From Mobula hypostoma (lineage: Eukaryota): a stretch of 64,000 nt of DNA. The position numbers and the translations under genes are program-made. Shown here one piece after another: positions 1 through 11,025 of this stretch. The notes beneath the pieces are model-generated. The model did not search any database and was not told where the DNA came from. It was given only the letters and a program-made list of their open reading frames with translations. Location: the NCBI RefSeq assembly GCF_963921235.1, contig NC_086097.1:3906001-3970000 (forward strand), written 5' to 3'. Every line of letters starts with the position of its first letter. Position 1 is the first letter of the stretch.

Positions 1-1864
1 ATTAATATTTCAGTTATATTTGAGTATTCTTATGTATATATATTGGTTGATTTAGTATTCTTGTCCTTTAAATAATTAATAACAGACTCTATGTAAAAAT
101 ATGTTAGTTGCATATGTCATCATGCTATTATGTGATACATGTGTGTTTCACTTAAAGTAAACACAAAGTTCCTGGACTCCTGTATATTCCTTGAATTAAT
201 TTAATGTTTTAAAGTTACAAACCATAACATTGGTGATGAGGTATTTTCAAAATGAACCTGAGAGGGCTTCCAAGCCACTGAAGCAGAGCAAGATGTTCAA
301 AATTAAGAAAGAGCTGCGAGAGCACCAGCAAGTAAAAAAGACACCCCAGCATGTGCAAAGGTGGTCTTCAGAAGAGAGGACATGATTGACTTTTTTTTAA
401 GTCAATAAAAAAACAGAAGAATTCGTGGGTTCATAAATAGTGAGTTCTGGGTGATAATAATCATTTTTTTTAATCCAAAATAGCTGAATGCATTGGAAAG
501 ATTGATGAGTTTGATTACACAATGTGTAATTGGCTCATGTATACTGAATTATTGGAACCGTATTTTGAAGCAAATGAAATAGTCAGGGAGAAGCAAGTTC
601 CAATTTTGCTGAGTGCATTAAGTTTAAAGGCATACAGCTTACCTCGAAGTTTGACTTCTCCAGCCAAACCAACAGAAACTAGCTTTGCGACTATTGTGAA
701 AGTGATGCAGAAACACTTAGAACCAAAGCCATTGTTAATTGAAGAATGCTTTAGGTTTCATTAGCGTAATCAAAAAGAAAGGGAGTTCATTTCAGCATAC
801 ATTGGCTGAACTGAAGCGATTGTATAAATATTGTTGGTTCAGTAATTGTCTTAATGATACACTAAGAGATTGTTTAGTTTGTGGAATCTTAAAAGAATGC
901 ATTCAAAAATAGCTCCTAACTGAAGCACAACTTACATGCAAAAGAGCAGTGGAAATCACTGTTTCAATGGAAACTGCAGACAGAGATGCAATTGAGTTGC
1001 GTTCAGAAATTAAAGTGAGTGTGAATAAAATTGTAGAGTCTAAACAGAAATCGGCCTGGTCTAACAAATTGTGTTACAGTAGTGGCAGGAGTTCACATTC
1101 TCCAAACAAATGCAGCTCTAAAGGAGAAGCTTACAGAAAGTAAGCAACAAAGTAGATCATATGCAAAGAGCATGTTGGGCAGACAAACATAAGTTGTCTA
1201 TGCAGGGAAGAAGAAAAAGGAAGGAAGAGATGAGAGAAAGGATGTGATGAGAAAGAGAGAAGGAATGTGAGAAAGAAAAAGAAAAGGAGAAGAGTAAACC
1301 CAGTGAGAGAAAGGGAGAAGAAAGGTGTCCAGAGCTGTCAGAAACACTTCCTGCAACCTCAGAGTCAACTCCTACAACCACCATGGACTTGAGATTATTT
1401 CACAGCCGCAAGTCACACTGGCCAAGCAGAGTGATCTCGCTTGTCAGGAAATACATTATCGCACAAAAGAAAGAAATCCTTAACAACAATTAAGTCTTTC
1501 TGCCTGAATAGGACAATTCAAAATTTACTGTGCTGTGCATGTCTGTGTATAGTAGTTGTATTATATAGAATCCTGTGTTCTCTATTGTGTTGGAGTTTAT
1601 CGCTAAGCAGGGAGGATTGTTGTGTATTTAATATTTCAATAATTGTTAAGTAAGTATATATATATATAGTTTGATTAAGCATTCTTGTTCTTTAAATAAT
1701 TAATTACTGATTATATGTATCAACACATTAATTGCATACATCATCACACTACCATGTGATGTACATGTGCCTTGTTTAAAGCTAGCTGGAAGTTGCACCT
1801 GTATTCCCAGACCCCTGTGCTTTTTTTGAACTAATTTAATGTTTTGTAATTTCAAAGCATAACA
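1..1864 (+). mobile_element. Internally deleted Gypsy-type LTR retrotransposon remnant (5' LTR <1-229, degenerate gag, 3' LTR 1618-1864)
   Basis: Two similar AT-rich LTRs ending ATAACA; PBS-like TGGTGATGAG at 231; purine tract AGCAGGGAGGA before TG at 1618; broken gag (LL.E.FRFH, decayed zinc knuckle near 1070-1180); pol almost absent. Confidence 0.8.
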
Positions 1865-2335
1865 AGGCCATAAGATATACGATCAGAATTTAGTCAGAGG
1901 GTGGTGAATCTATGGAATTTGTTGCCACGGGCAGCAGTGGAGACCAAGTCATTGGGTGTAGTTAAGGCAGAGATTGATAGGTATCTGAGTAGCCAGGGCA
2001 TCAAAGGTTATGGTGAGAAGGCGGCGGAGTGGGACTAAATGGGAGAATGGATCAGCTCATGATAAAATGGCGGAGCAGACTCGATGGGCCGAGTGGCCGA
2101 CTTCTGCTCCTTTGTCTGATGGTCTTCTGGTCTTATGGTCTTATGGTCTAATTTGGTCATTTGGCTGATTCATTTCCCTCTCAACCCCATTCTTTTGTCT
2201 TCTCTCCCTAACTCTTCATGCTTTGATCAATCAAGAACCTAGCAATCTCTGTCTTAAATTTACCCAATGAGCCTGTGGCAACAAATTCCACACATTCACC
2301 ACTCTCTGGCTAAGGCAATTCCTCCCACCTCTGCC
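1865..2335. mobile_element. CR1 LINE 3'-end fragments in both orientations
   Basis: FSQRVVNLWNLLP-type tail and (ggtcttat)n terminal microsatellite on +, inside an inverted tail copy. Confidence 0.7.
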
Positions 2336-3014
2336 TCTCTAATTGCTTGATGCTCCTGATGAGATAACGTTAAAGGTGTTTCAGCGGGGTCAAAGTCAAA
2401 AGAAAAATGTCTAGAGAATCCCATATTAGCAAGGAAAGCATCTAGGATATCTCAGTGTGGTAACTTAATGGGTTGAATTAAAATTAACAATTATTTTCTT
2501 TTTGAAACACCATTGGAAATAGGAAGCAGTTTTTAGGATGATTCAATCTCAATTCATTTCTTAGTTCTATTTAATCTGATAAAATTAGTTTTATTACTCA
2601 AAAATTATTGTTCACTGACAATCACTCGTACTGAGTCCACTGCCAATTGTAGTGTCACATTTTGCAATTACGGTTGCCCCACTTATAGTACTAGCTAGAA
2701 GCCCCAGGACATTTATCTGAGTCTATTTCAACTGACCTTGGACATGACCCAGACAATGGTGTGTTGAACATGTGGGAAGCAGATCTGAAGCAAACGATGA
2801 TTTTGAATGGCAGAGCAGCTTGAAGAGTCAACCGCTGCTTTTGCTTAAACACGTTTTATCTTGACAATCAGGTCAACATCAAGATTCAAGATTGTTTAAT
2901 GTCATTTAAGCACATCTATATGGAGTGCTCTCACAGGACATGCTGTCTTCTCACTGTTGCTATCAGAAAGAAGGTTCAGGAGCCTCAGGACACCACTAAG
3001 TTTAGGAACAGTTA

Positions 3015-4892
3015 CAGTACCCATAAAAAGTATTCATACCCCTTGGAAGTTTTACAACATTGAATCACAGTGGATTTAATTTGGCTTTTTTGGCACTGAT
3101 CAACAAAAAAGACACTTTTGTGTCAAAATGAAAACAGATTGCTACAAAGTGATTTATAAATTAATTACAAATATAAAACAAAAAATAATTGATTGCATAA
3201 ATATCCACCCCCTTCAAGTCAGTATTTAGTAGATGCACCTTTGGCAGCAATTCAGCCTTGAGTCTGTGTGGATAGGTCTCTGTCAGCTTTGTACATCTGG
3301 ACACTGCAATTCTTCCCCATTCTTCTTTACGAAACTGTTCAAGCTCTGTCATATTGCATGGGGATCATGAGCCAGCCACAACTTCTCAATTGGGTTGAGG
3401 TCTGGACTCCGACTTGGTCACTCCAGGATACTAACTTTGTTGTTTCCTGTGTAACTTTGGCTTTATGCTTTGGTCATTCTCTTGCTGGAAAACAAATCTT
3501 CTCCAAGTCGCAGTTCTCTTGCAGACAGCACCAGGTTTTCCTCCAGGAATTCCCTGTATTTTGCTGCACTCAATTTACTATCTATATTCACAAGCATTCC
3601 AGGGCCTGCTGCAGTGAAGCATCCCCACAGCACAAACAGCCACCACCATGCTTCATGGTAGGGATGCTGTGTTTTTGATGATGTGTGGTGTTTGGCTTAC
3701 GCCAAACATAGCATTTAGTCTGATGGCCAAAAAGCTCAATTTTGCTTTCATCAGACCATAGAATCTACTTCCAGCTGACTACAGGGTCTCCCACATGCCT
3801 TCTGGCAAACTCTAGCTGAGATTTCATGTGAGTTTTCTGCAACAGTAGATTTCTCCTTGCCAATCTTCCATAAAGCTGCGACTGGTGAAGCACCCGGGCT
3901 ACAGTTGTATGCACAGTGTCTCCGATCTCAGCCACTGAAGCTTCTAACTTCTCCAGCGTTGTCATAGGGCTCTTGGTGGCCTCCCTCACTGGTCCCTTTC
4001 TTGCACGGTCACTCAGTTTTTGAGGACGGCCTGCTCTAAGCAGATTTACAGCTGTGCCACATTCTTTCCATTTCTTGATGATTAACCTAACGGTACTCCA
4101 AGGGATATTCGGTGACTTGGAAATTTTCTTGTATCCATCTCCTGACCTGTGCTTTCAATAATCTTTTTGTGGAGTTGCTTGGAGTGTTCTTTTGTCTTCA
4201 TGGTGTAACTTTTGCCAGTATACTGACTCACCAGCAGTTGGACCTTCCAGATACAGGTATATTTTTACTATAATCAACTGAAACACCTTGACTGCACACA
4301 GGTCTCCAAAAATAGATCTCCATTTAACTAATTATGTTATTTCTAAAACCAACTGGCTGCACCAGAGATGATTTAGTGTGTCATTTTAAAGGGAAGGGGT
4401 GAATACTTATACAATCAATTATTTTGTGTTTTATATTTGTAATTAATTTAGATCACTTTGTAGAGATCTGTTTTCACTTTGACATGAGTCTTTTTAGACC
4501 ATAAGACATAGGAGCAGAATTAGGCCATTTGGCCCATCGAGTCTGTTCCACCATTCAGCCATTGCTGAATTCTTTTCTCCGCTCCTCGCCCCACTCCCTG
4601 GCCTTCTCCCCTGTAACCTTCGACGCTGTGTCTAATCAAGAACCTTTCAATCTCTGCTGTAAAGACACCTAACAACCCGGCCTCCACAGCTGCCTGTGGT
4701 AATAAATTCCTCAAATTCACCACGCTCTGGCTAAAGAAATTTATCCGCACCTCTGTTTTAAATGGATGCCCCTCTATCCTTTTCTGTTGATCAGTGTCAA
4801 AAAAAACAAATTAAATCCACTGTGATTCAATGTTGTAAAACAATAAAAACATGAAAACTTCCAAGGGTCGTGAATACTTTTTATAGGCACTG
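3015..4892 (-). mobile_element. Tc1/mariner DNA transposon with long TIRs and a decayed transposase (about 3219-4201, -)
   Basis: TA|CAGT...ACTG|TA termini with matching inverted repeats. Minus-strand peptides MKTKEHSKQL..., TVARVLHQSQLYGR, LEQF.KEEW..I...C.KL.ETYP.RL. A CR1 tail is inserted at about 4495-4780. Confidence 0.9.
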
Positions 4893-5166
4893 TATTACCC
4901 CTCAACCATCAAGCTCTTGAACCAGAGGGGTTAACTTCACTCAACTCCACTCACACCATCACTGAACTGCTCCCATAACGTATGGTTTCACTTTCAAGAA
5001 CTCTTCATCTCACATTCTTGATATTTATTGTTTATTTATCTGTTGTTATTACTTCTTTCTATTTGTTTTTGTACAGTTTGTTATCTCTTGCACACTGGCT
5101 GAACACCCAAGTTGGTGTGGGTTTCATTGTTTCTGTTATGGTTATTACTCTATGCATTTATTGAGT

Positions 5167-5785
5167 ATTAGATTATGAAGACACGCAGTCCTCTTTTATT
5201 GTCATTTAGTAATGCATGCATTAAGAAATGATACAATATTTCCTCCGGTGTGATATCACAAAACACAGGACAGACCAAGACTGAAAAAACTGACAAAACC
5301 ACATAATTATAACATATAGTTACAAACAGTGTAACAACTTGATGAAGAAGTCCATGAGCACAGTAAAGTTCAAAGTCTCTCAAATGTCCCACATCTCATG
5401 CAGATGGGAAAAGGAAGAAAAACTCTCCCTGCCATACCCGACTACGGTCCGACTCTGAGTCATCCGAAAACTTCGAGCCTCCGAATCAGCTCTCCGACAC
5501 CGAGTACTGAGCGCCATCTCTGTCCGAATGATTCGACCTCAATCTCGGTCACCAACTGCAGGCAAAGCCGGGGATTTTGAGGCCTACCCTCTGGAAGATT
5601 CCCGACCGTGCAGTAACGACAGCAGCGAACGGGTGTTTCAGAAATTTCTCCAGATGTTCCTCTGTGCTTTCACGTCCCTCTCCATCAAATCAGAATTGTC
5701 CACGGCTCCTATTTAACAGATACGATACCATTTTTTACTGGAGGGCTGCGCACGCACAGCGTGCTGCTCTCTCTCCTCCCGCCGT
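5167..5785 (-). mobile_element. Non-autonomous LINE-derived element inserted into a Rex/Babar-type tail
   Basis: It interrupts the tail sequence ttattgagta|cccacaagaaaa, which is seen uninterrupted near 30705. It has a LINE-like 3' end and a CpG-retaining 5' part. Confidence 0.5.
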
Positions 5786-5954
5786 CCCACAAGAAAAGGA
5801 AAATCAGGATTGTATATGATGACATATATGTACTCAGATAATTAATCTACTTTGAACTTTGAACAAGGATAAAGAACAAAATAATTGCTACTCCACCTCC
5901 GGTGCATACAAAAAGCCCACAATAATAATTTAAAAACACAATAAAATATAAATG

Positions 5955-8627
5955 AAAAACAAGGGAAAATCTGCAGATGCTGGAAATCCAAGCAACACAC
6001 ACAAAATGCTGGAGGAACTCAGCAGGCCAGGCAGCATCTAGGAAAAGAGCACAGTTTTCAGCAGGATTGGAGAAAAAAAAGATGAGGAGCAGAGTTAAAA
6101 AGTGGGGGGAGGGGGGAGAGAGAAACGCCAACTGATAGGTGAAACCAGGAGAGGGAGGGGTGAAGTAAAGAGCTGGGAGATTGATTGGTGAAAGAGATAG
6201 AGGGCTGGAGAAGGGGGAATCTGATAGGAGAGGACAGAGGAGCATGGAAGAAAGAAAGTGGGGTGGTGCACCAGAGGGAGGAGATAAGGTGAAAGAGGAA
6301 AAAGGGGATGGGGAATGGGGAAGGGCAGGTGGGGGCCTTTACTGGAATGTTGAGATATTGATGTTTTTGTCATCAGGTTGGAAGCTAACCAAACAGAATA
6401 TTATGTGTTGTTCTTCCAACCTGAGTGTGGCCTCATTGCAACAGTCAAGGATGCCGTGGATGGACATGTTGGAATAGGAATGGGAAGTGGAATTAAAATG
6501 GATGGTCACTGGGAGATCCCACTTTTCCTGGCAGATGGAGCATAGGTGCTCGGCGAAGTGGTCTCCCAATCCACGTGGGTCTCACCTAGATATAGGAGGC
6601 CACATCGGGAGCACTGGACACACTAGATGACCCCAACAGACTCACAGGTGAAGTGTTGCCTCACTTGGAAAGACTGTTTGGGCCCTGAATGGTAGTGAAG
6701 GTGTAGGTGTAGGGGCACTTGTTCCACTTGCAAGGATAAATGCCAGGAGGGAGATCAGTCGGGAAGGATGAATGGACAAGGGAGTCGTGTAAGGAATGAT
6801 TCCTGCGGAAAGCAGAAAGCGGGAGGGAGAGAAAGATCTGCTTGGTGATGGGATCCCGTTGGAGATAGTGGAAGTTGGGGAGAATTATGTGCTGGACGCT
6901 GGAGCTGGTTGGGTGGTACGATGATGGGGTGAGAGCAGACATGCATGAAATGGAAGAGGGCAACGTTGATGGTAGAGGAAGGGAAGCCCCTTTCTTTGAG
7001 GAAGGAGAACATCTCCTTCATTCTGGAATGAAAAGCCTCATCCTCAGAATGAATACTTTTACAAGTAAAAGGAAGAGAAGAGGTATAGTCCAGGTAGCTA
7101 AGAGAATCAGTAGATTTATAATAGACATCAGTAGATAAGCAGTCTCCAGAGAGAGAGAGAGAGAGAGAGACAGAGATCGAGAAAGGGGAGGGAGATGTCG
7201 GAAATAGACCAGGTAAATTTGAGGGCAGGGTGGAAGCTGGAGGCAAAGTGGATGAAATTGACGAGTTCCGCCTGGGTGCAGGATGCAGCACCGATGCAAT
7301 TGTCAATGTAGCTTAGGAAAAGTGCGGGATGGCCACCATTGTAGGCTTGGAACATGGACTGTTCTACGTAGCCAACAAACATGTGGGTGCCCGTAGTTAC
7401 ACCTTTTTTTTGAAGGAAGTGGGAGAAGCCAAAGGAGAAATTATTAAGATGAGGACAAGTTCTACTATGTGGAGGAGAGTGGTGGTGAGGGGAACTGGTT
7501 GGGTCCGGTGTCCAGAAAAAAACGGAGAGCTTTGAGGCCTTCCTGGGTGGGGGGGGGGCGGTGGAGGTATATAGGGACTGGACATTCATAGTGAAAATAA
7601 GATGGGGCTGGCCAAGGAAATTGAAATTATTGAAAAGATCAAGAGCGTGTGAAGTGTCACGGATATGGGTAGGAAGGGACTGAACAGCTTCTTCCCCTCT
7701 GCCATCCCATTCCTAAATGGACATTGAAGCTTTGGACACTACCTCACTTTTTTTAATATACAGTATTTCTGTTTTTGCACATTTTAAAAATCTATTCAAA
7801 ATACGTAATTCCATTTACTTGTTTATTTATTTTGTTTTATTTTATTTATTATTATGTTTTTCTCTCTCTCTGCTAGATTATGTATTGCATTGAACTGCTG
7901 CTGCTAAGTTAACAAATTTCACGTCACATGCCGGTGATAATAAACCTGATTCTGATTCGGATTCTGGTTCTGAACTAGTGGGGATAAAACAGAGTCGAGG
8001 TGTGCAGATACGAGTTCAGTGACGCAGGAACAAGCTGAAACAATAGATCTACCTGGACAAGCAGGTTTGTGGATCTTGGGGAGGAGGTAGAACTGGAAGG
8101 TGCGGGGTGCAGGAACTTTGAGGTTAGTGGCAGTGAATGGGAGATGCCCAGATCTAATAAGGTCGGTGATGTTGTGGGAGTCAATGGCCTGGTGGTCCTT
8201 GGTGGGGTCCTGTTCGAGGGGTAAGTAAGAGGAGGTGTCTAAGTGTTGTCGCTGGGCCTCTGCAAGATAGAGGTCAGTATGTCAGACTGCTACAGCACCC
8301 CCCTATCTGCGGGTTTCACGGTGAGGTTAAGATTAGTGCAGAGAGAGAATGGAGAGCAGAGCATTCGGAAGGAGCGAGGTTGGAATAGGAGAGAGGAGTG
8401 TTGAAGTCAAGACAGTTGACGTTCAGAGGGAGTGAGGTTGGAACTCCCCCATCTGGTTTCACCTATCTCTTTGTGCTTTCCCCTCCTCTTCCCCCACCCT
8501 TTAACTCTACTCTTCATCTCTTACTCTCCAGCCCTGCGAAAGGGTCTTGACACAAAACGTCGACTGTACACATTTCCATAGATGCTGCCTGGCCTGCTGA
8601 GTTCCTCCAGCATATTGTATGTGTTGC
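5955..8627 (-). mobile_element. Penelope-like retroelement remnant (RT + GIY-YIG endonuclease) with an inverted partial pLTR at 8444-8627
   Basis: Minus-strand peptides HFLQKKGV..GT, LFLSYIDNCIG, FHPALKFTWSIS..SLPFLDL (PLE RT) and FAEHL...DLPV..HFNS..HS...LEEQH.IF.L...QP (PLE GIY-YIG C-terminus). The 3' terminal repeat recurs inverted at the other end. A Rex-type tail is inserted at about 7686-7969 with a CTGAAC duplication. Confidence 0.85.
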
Positions 8628-8754
8628 ATTAATATAAATACATATGACAGCTTACACACATAGATTGATTGTATGTCCATAAAGTGACACTAGGCACAGG
8701 AGTGTGTGTACATAAGGTGACTGACAGGAAATGATAAATTTTTAATGGTTGGGG

Positions 8755-9500
8755 ATGTGGAGGGATGGACTAGTGGGTGGATATATAGAGTACACATATG
8801 GATTGTGGAGGGGTGGGTTAGTGGGTGGATATGTATGGAATGTGGAGGGGTGGGTTAGTGGGTGGATATATATGGATTGTGGAGGGGTGGGTTAGTGGGT
8901 GGATATAGAGTGTGGAGGGGTGGGTTAGTGGGTGGATATATATGGATTGTGGAGGGGTGGGTTAGTGGGTGGATATGTATGGAGTGTGGAGGGGTGGGTT
9001 AGTGGGTGGATATAGAGTGTGGAGGGGTGGGTTAGTGGGTGGATATATATGGAGTGTGGAGGGTGGGTTAGTGGGTGGTTATGTATGGAGTGTGGAGGGG
9101 TGGGTTAGTGGATATGTATGGCGTGTGGAGGGTGGGTTAGTAGGTGAATACATATAGGATACATATAGATTGTGGAGGGGTGGGTTAGTGGGTGGATATA
9201 TATGGATTGTGGAGGGGTAGGTTCGTGGGTGGATATGTATAGAGTGTGGAGGGGTGGGTTAGTGGGTGGATATAGAGTGTGGAGGGGTGGGTTAGTGGGT
9301 GGATATATATGGATTGTGGAGGGGTGGGTTAGTGGGTGGATATGTATGGAGTGTGGAGGGGTGGGTTAGTGGGTGGATACATATAGGATACATACGGATT
9401 GTGGAGGGGTGGGTTAGTGGGTGGATATATATGGAGTGTGGAGGGGTGGGTTAGTGAGTGGATATGTATAGGATACATATGTATTGTGGAGGGGTGAGTT
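8755..9500 (+). repeat. G-rich minisatellite, about 20 units, mostly 33-37 bp (TGTGGAGGGGTGGGTTAGTGGGTGGATATATATGGAT)
   Basis: Directly visible tandem array with variable AT-rich spacers. Confidence 0.95.
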
Positions 9501-10165
9501 AGATACATGAAGCTGCATACTTGTAATGTAATTCCACTTGATCGAAGGGAAAACAAGCTGGATCAGGACAACCTGCCATCAATTCTACGGTCATGCCATT
9601 CTCTGACTTGGGCGGTGATACTTTTTTTCTTTGTGATAGTTTTCTGATACTGTAACCATTTGTGCTATTTGGGCTGTGTGCCGTTGGTAATGTTTTTTGT
9701 ACCGTGTTCCAGGAGAAACACTGTTTTGTTTGGTTGTATTCATGTATGGTTGATTGACCATTCATCTTCATCTGCCTTTATACAGCAGAACCTCCAAAGA
9801 GCTTAGGGGTTTGAATAAGAGCATTGAACCTTCCTCTGAATATTTTGACACCATTTAAATTTAGAACATGCCTAAGGTTGATTTCCATTGAATTTAATGT
9901 TGCTGATCATGAATAACTTGCCCTTCGCCTCTGTCGTTAATAAACAGAGAGATGTTCCTTTATAATTGGAGTTCAGCTTATTTCAAAGCTGAAATTTAAA
10001 AAAAACACAGAAAATGCTGGAAACGCTCAGCAGGACAGGCAGTGAAATAGGGTTACAGTTCCAGATCTTATAATTAGGTCACAATGTCTTTATTTGCCAC
10101 TTATTTGTCTTTGATTCATTCCTTTCAACCTGATTCCTACCGAGGCCTATTCTCCATGTATGCAG

Positions 10166-10410
10166 TCGTGTGTTTAATATTTCAACAATATATGAGTAAT
10201 ATTGTAAATATGTTGTTTGATTAAGTATGCTTTCTTGTTTATATGATTCATTATAATTTTATGCACAAAGTATGTGAATGGCATACATCATCACGCTACC
10301 ATGTGATACATACACGCCTCGCTTAAAGTAAAAACTTAGTTAGACACACATTCTGGAGTGATACCGTTTTCCTTCCAATTAGTTTTCTGTTTTGTAGTTA
10401 CAAAACATAT
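10166..10410 (+). mobile_element. Solo LTR of the same Gypsy family
   Basis: Shares tttaatatttca...gtttgattaag...catcatcac.ctaccatgtgat...cttaaagtaaa...ttacaaaacat with the LTRs at 1-229 and 1618-1864. Confidence 0.7.
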
Positions 10411-10654
10411 GTTCTTCTACTTCTTTCTTACTCACATTCCGGGTACCATGGCAACGATGGTTTTAGTGAGCCATAATTTTTTCCCTTTGAGAAGAAATTA
10501 TGTAAATAGACATTAATAGATGATATGATCATGTGTGTGTTGCTAACTACACAAAACCTGTATCAGTGACTGCATGAGATGCTGTAGATTAAGAGTGTTA
10601 TAAAAAAACTGAATAAATATCACTGACAGATCGCTATTCTCCCATAATCATGTT

Positions 10655-11025
10655 AACTGTTGTGTTGTTCTTACGTCCCATCACCCCTGCAGGGGAATAG
10701 GCTGCTGAGAGCAGTTCACCAGAGTGCTCTGTCCTGGGCCAGTTTTTCAAGTTGTCCCCAGGTGTAGCCCATCTCCTTCAAGATCGCATCACCAGGTGCT
10801 CTTTGGCTTGCTTCATTTAGAAGGATGATCGGTCCCATGGCTTCCTCTGACTTGCAACTTTCATCACCTGAATTCATACGTCTTTCAGGCAAAGATTCTT
10901 CCTCTCCCAGGGATAAGGATCTTGGAGCTTCTGTAGCTCTGAGATTTTACAGGACGATGTTGCTAGCCCCATGGCCAACCCTCATCCTTTAGCAGCCGGC
11001 CCTGGGACCATCCATAGTGGAGTTA
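10655..11025 (-). mobile_element. RTE-derived non-autonomous fragment
   Basis: (caa)n-type tail on - and RTE-like 3' end (cccatcacccctgcaggggaatagg). Confidence 0.45.

Noticed and set aside
8755..9500. CRISPR-like or interstitial telomere array; ORFs 8969-9369
   Set aside because: The spacers are variants of one AT-rich sequence, not unique spacers. There is no tandem TTAGGG, and the ORFs are translation artefacts of the repeat.
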